A DNA stretch of 64,000 nt from Scenedesmus sp. PABB004 (Eukaryota): positions 868,001 through 932,000 of the forward strand of contig JABVCE010000008.1 in assembly GCA_014905635.1 (NCBI GenBank), given 5' to 3'. Position 1 is the first letter of the stretch, and the number at the start of each line of letters is the position of its first letter. The position numbers were made by a program, and so were the translations under genes. The notes below the pieces were generated by a model. It was not told the origin of the DNA. It did no database searches and saw only the letters and a program-made list of their open reading frames with translations. Of this stretch, positions 60,701 to 64,000 are shown in pieces.

Positions 60701-61614
60701 ACGCTGGGCCGCTGCGGCGGGGCGGCCGCAGCAGCAGCCACCAGCAGCAAGGAGGGTGACGGCGCCAGCGACTGGCGGCAGGCGCTGGCCACCCTGCAGC
60801 GTGGCGCGGCGCCTGGCGAGGCGCGCGGCGCGACCATCCAGCTGCTGCAGGCCATCGTCGCCGGGCATGTGCCTGCTGAGGTGGCGCCCGCAGCCGCTGC
60901 TGCATCGGCGCTGGCCGTGGCCCAGCAGCCGGCGGCAGTGCAGCTGCAGCGGCCAGCACCAGCAGGCACGCGCGGTGGCGCGGCGGCCGCCCTGGCCACG
61001 GGCGCCCACCACCAGTGCAGCCCGGCGACGCAGCCCCAGCCCGCGGGCTCGCCGGCGGCCCAGGCCAGCGCACCCGCAGCAGCCGTGGCGCCCCCGGCTG
61101 CAGCGGTTGCGGCGGCAGCGTGCGCGGGCGGGGCGCAGCAGGCAGCGCACGCCGACTGCCCGCTGCCGCCAGGCTTTGCGCTGCCAGCGTATGCCGGGCT
61201 GGAGGCGGCGGAGTCGGCGCTGTGGGGCCTCGTGGACATGGACTGCCTGGCCGCGCCGGACGAGCAGCTGGAGCAGCTGGAGGCGGCCATGGAGGCCCTG
61301 CGCGGACTGGCCGGGCAGGCGGCCGACCCGGGCGGCCGGCTGGCGCGCTTTGAGCTCAACTACCTCAAGCTGCGCAACTGGGTGGCGCACCGCAACACGC
61401 CGCGCATCCAGCAGGTGTTGCGCGAGCTGCTGCAGCACGCGGTCGGTGGCTGACGGCGCGCGCGTGCGGAGGGCGGTGGTGGCGCTCGCGCGCGCGGCGC
61501 AGTTGCTTGCGGCCGGCGTTTGTCGCATTGCCGTTGCTTACTGTGTCGCTGGGCATGCTGCTGCGGCAGTTGGGAACCACTCGGCGGCCCTTGTTGGCCC
61601 GTCGCCGCGCCCCT
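57778..61614 (+). repeat. Orphan family copy B, bounded by diverged ~235-bp direct repeats (57778-58014 and 61381-61614)
   Basis: ggtggcgc..aacacgccgcgcatccagcaggtg..ggctgacggc..gcagttgc..ttgggaacc..gtcgccgcgcccct occurs at both ends, offset ~3600. Confidence 0.9.
58353..61453 (+). CDS. Orphan protein with a QLQ-like motif, two B3-like repeats and a conserved helical C-terminus; 5 exons; +1 frameshift near 58480 (possible pseudogene, or start at 58510)
   Basis: GT-AG introns at ~59461-59555, 59698-59795, 60029-60123 and 60275-60359; repeated unit ..FG.L.QPLEL.LRL.V.G.P / Y.LRGL.AAGL.A..G...T...S.GA.ITLH; TGTAA at 61693. Confidence 0.6.
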
Positions 61615-61732
61615 AGGTTTTCCCACGGCGCGCGCGCACCCAGCGCGCGCAGCCCGAGGGCGCATTCGCCCTTGCCCCGTCCCGAGCCCGCGTGTAACGA
61701 AAACGGTTGCATCGCGCTCCTTGCAGCCACCG

Positions 61733-64000
61733 TCAGCGCGGCCGCGGCTCGTGGCGCTCCGCCGCGGCCACCGCCAGGCTGCGGATGCGGTTCACCGCCG
61801 CGGCAATCTCAAACCGCCGCGGCCGCGCGAGGTTGCCGAGCAGCAGGTGCGGCGCCAGCACGTCGAGGCCCTGCGCGGCGGCGGTCGCTCGAGCTGGTCG
61901 CGGCGGGAGCGCGGCTCGCCTCGTCGCGCTGCGCGCGCGCGCGCACGCCGGCCGCCGCCGCCCGGGGCGCCCCGCGCGGGCGCCGTCGCCGGCGCGCAGT
62001 CAGTGCGACCCCCCTCTCCCGCGCACCTGCTCGTCGATCGCGGCGTCGAGCTCGTCGAGCCACTGCAGCAGCGTGCGCCCGCCGCCGCCCCGCGGCCCCG
62101 CGCCCTGGGGCCCCAGCCGGGCCTGCAGCCACTTGAGCGCGTCCGCGACGGCCCGCGTCTGCGAGCGGTCCACGAGCTGCTCCGCCGCGGCCAGCGGGAT
62201 GTCCTGGTCGCCAAACTGCCAGGCGCGGGGCGGCGGCGCCGCGTCGAGCGCGGCGGCGGCAGCGGCGGCGGGCGCGGGCGCGGCGCGCGGCGGCGGCGCG
62301 CGGCGCGTGGCGCGCGGCCGCGGGCGCGCCTGGATGTGGTGCAGGCCGCGCACGTGCGTCTTGACGCCCCGCCCGGCATCGCCGCCGCCACCGTGCACGC
62401 GCAGCGGCACGCGCGGCGTCACCCACACGCCGCCGCCCGGCGCCGGCGGCGGCGGCGCGACGCCGGCGCCCGCGAGCGTGGCCGCGTGCGCCGCGGCGAT
62501 GGCGTGCGCGGCGGCCGTCTGGTCGCTCGGGGCGTAGCAGTGCATGACAATCACCTGAACAATATGCGGGGGGGCACTGAGCGTTTCAATTGACTTGACT
62601 GATTGACTGACTTGTGTGATTTGGGGCGGGGCGCGTGCCGCGGGCGCGGCGCTCGCGCGTGAATCACTGGCGCCGCCGCGGCCCGCTGGCTGCGCCCGCG
62701 CTGCTCGGCCGTGCTCTCCCGCGGCGGCGCAGGCGCACCGTGTCGGCGAGCTCGAAGTAGTCGCCGCTGCCGCCCATGACCAACACGGTCGACACGCCCG
62801 CGCCGCGCAGCTGCCTGCGCGGAGGCGCGCGGCGCGACGCGTGCGCGCGGCGCCGGCGGCCGGCGCCCGCACGCACCCCGCGCCCGCACGCACCCCGCGC
62901 CCCGCTCCGCGCGCCACGCACGCGCCCCCTCGCCCGCGTGGTTGAGTGCGCACCTGATGCGCGCGCTGAAGGGCGTGATCGGCTCGCGGCTCGGCGGCAC
63001 GAGCGCGGCCATGCGGGGGTCACGCACCATGAGGTTGGTCGCGCACGTGTCCTCGTCCAGCAGCAGCGCCGACGCGCCCAGCTCCACCGCCTCCTGCACG
63101 GCGGCGGCGGCGGTTGCGCGAGCGGCGGCGGTTGCGCGAGCGGGGGCGGCGCCGCGAGCAGGGGCGGCGGCGGGGGAGGGGAACGCCCTTGGGACGCTCG
63201 GGCCACGCGCAGGGCTGCGCGCGGGGCGGCGCGCGGCGCGTGCCTGCATGTTGGTGGCCTGCGATGTCGAGCCGCTCGCGTCGTCGGAGCGGAACGCGGC
63301 CGTGCTGGCGCCGCCCGGGAGGTTGTTGATGAAGGGACTGTGTGTGTGATTGTGTGTGTGTGTTGTGTGTGTGGATGGGTGGGAGGGGGCGTGTCGAGGG
63401 AGGGAGGGGCAGGGGCAGGGGGCAGGGAGGGCCAGGCCGCGCCGGCCGGCGCGCGCCCTGCGGCGGCCGGCGCGGCTTGCCCACCTGATGTCGACGCCCT
63501 CGACGCGCCGCCCGTCCTCCGCCGCTACCTTGACCGCGCCCGGCACCGCCACCACGAGCTCGCGCCCGTCGCCGGGGACCTGCGTGCGGCGCGCGCGCGC
63601 GCGCGTAGCGCCGGCGTCGGGCGCCGGGCGGCAGCCCCTCGCCGCCACCAGGCACGCACGGGCCCGCCCGCCACGTCTGCGCCCCCACCACACACGCACG
63701 CAACACGCCCACCTTGTTGTACACGCCCGCCTCGAGCGCCTGCAGCAGCGTGGACTTGCCGTGGAAGCCGCCGCCCGCGATGAGCGTGACGCCGCGCCGC
63801 ACGCCCAGCCCCCGCACGCGCCCCCGGTGCGGCAGGTCCACCTCGACACACAGGCTCGGCGGCGCCGCAAACGGCACCAGCCCCGGGCCGGGCGGCATCG
63901 GCAGGTCGCTCGCGCCGCTGCGGCGCGGGCGCGGGCGGGCGGGCGCGGGGCTCGGGCGGGGCGCGCGCGCGCGGCCAGCCTGCCGGGCGCGCAGCGGCAC
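61733..64000 (-). CDS. Predicted ABC-class ATPase (COG3044/PF09818 type), multi-exon, 5' end outside window
   Basis: GVTLIAGGGFHGKSTLLQALEAGVYNKVPGDGRE, AEDGRRVEGVDISPFINNLP, DASGSTSQA, LLLDEDTCATNLMVRD, EPITPF, VMGGSGDYFELAD, PRRFEIAAAVNRIR. Confidence 0.9.

Noticed and set aside
57778..61614. Canonical LTR retrotransposon
   Set aside because: No gag, RT or integrase, no TG..CA ends, PBS or TSD seen; the two terminal repeats are more diverged from each other than from their counterparts in other copies.

Overview
Gene-dense, extremely GC-rich (roughly 75-80% by eye) eukaryotic nuclear DNA with many short spliceosomal introns and TGTAA poly(A) signals, most consistent with a chlorophyte green alga (probably Sphaeropleales; inferred). 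Most long six-frame ORFs are GC artefacts, so genes were read exon by exon. Recognisable genes: telobox-Myb+PHD protein (3'-partial), PDAT, DHDPS, DusB-like tRNA-dihydrouridine synthase, two near-identical DUF3181 genes, ISE2-like helicase, DGDG synthase, CENH3, ZIP9-like transporter, GIY-YIG-like plastid protein, RING1-like E3, LARP6, MOB1, SMC2, gamma-glutamyltranspeptidase, a small coiled-coil protein and a COG3044 ABC-class ATPase (5'-partial). Main findings: (1) two U3 snoRNA paralogues with covarying 3' domains and non-canonical box D; (2) about a quarter of SMC2 introns, and many others, use GC donors; (3) a locally multiplied, intron-containing orphan family with QLQ-like and tandem B3-like domains. 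Each copy of that family is preceded by a diverged copy of its own 3' end, and the two long copies lie between convergent genes; (4) a rearrangement mosaic at 13.7-17.1 kb; (5) an actinobacterial-looking DusB. Gene ends are read by eye and several start codons are approximate.
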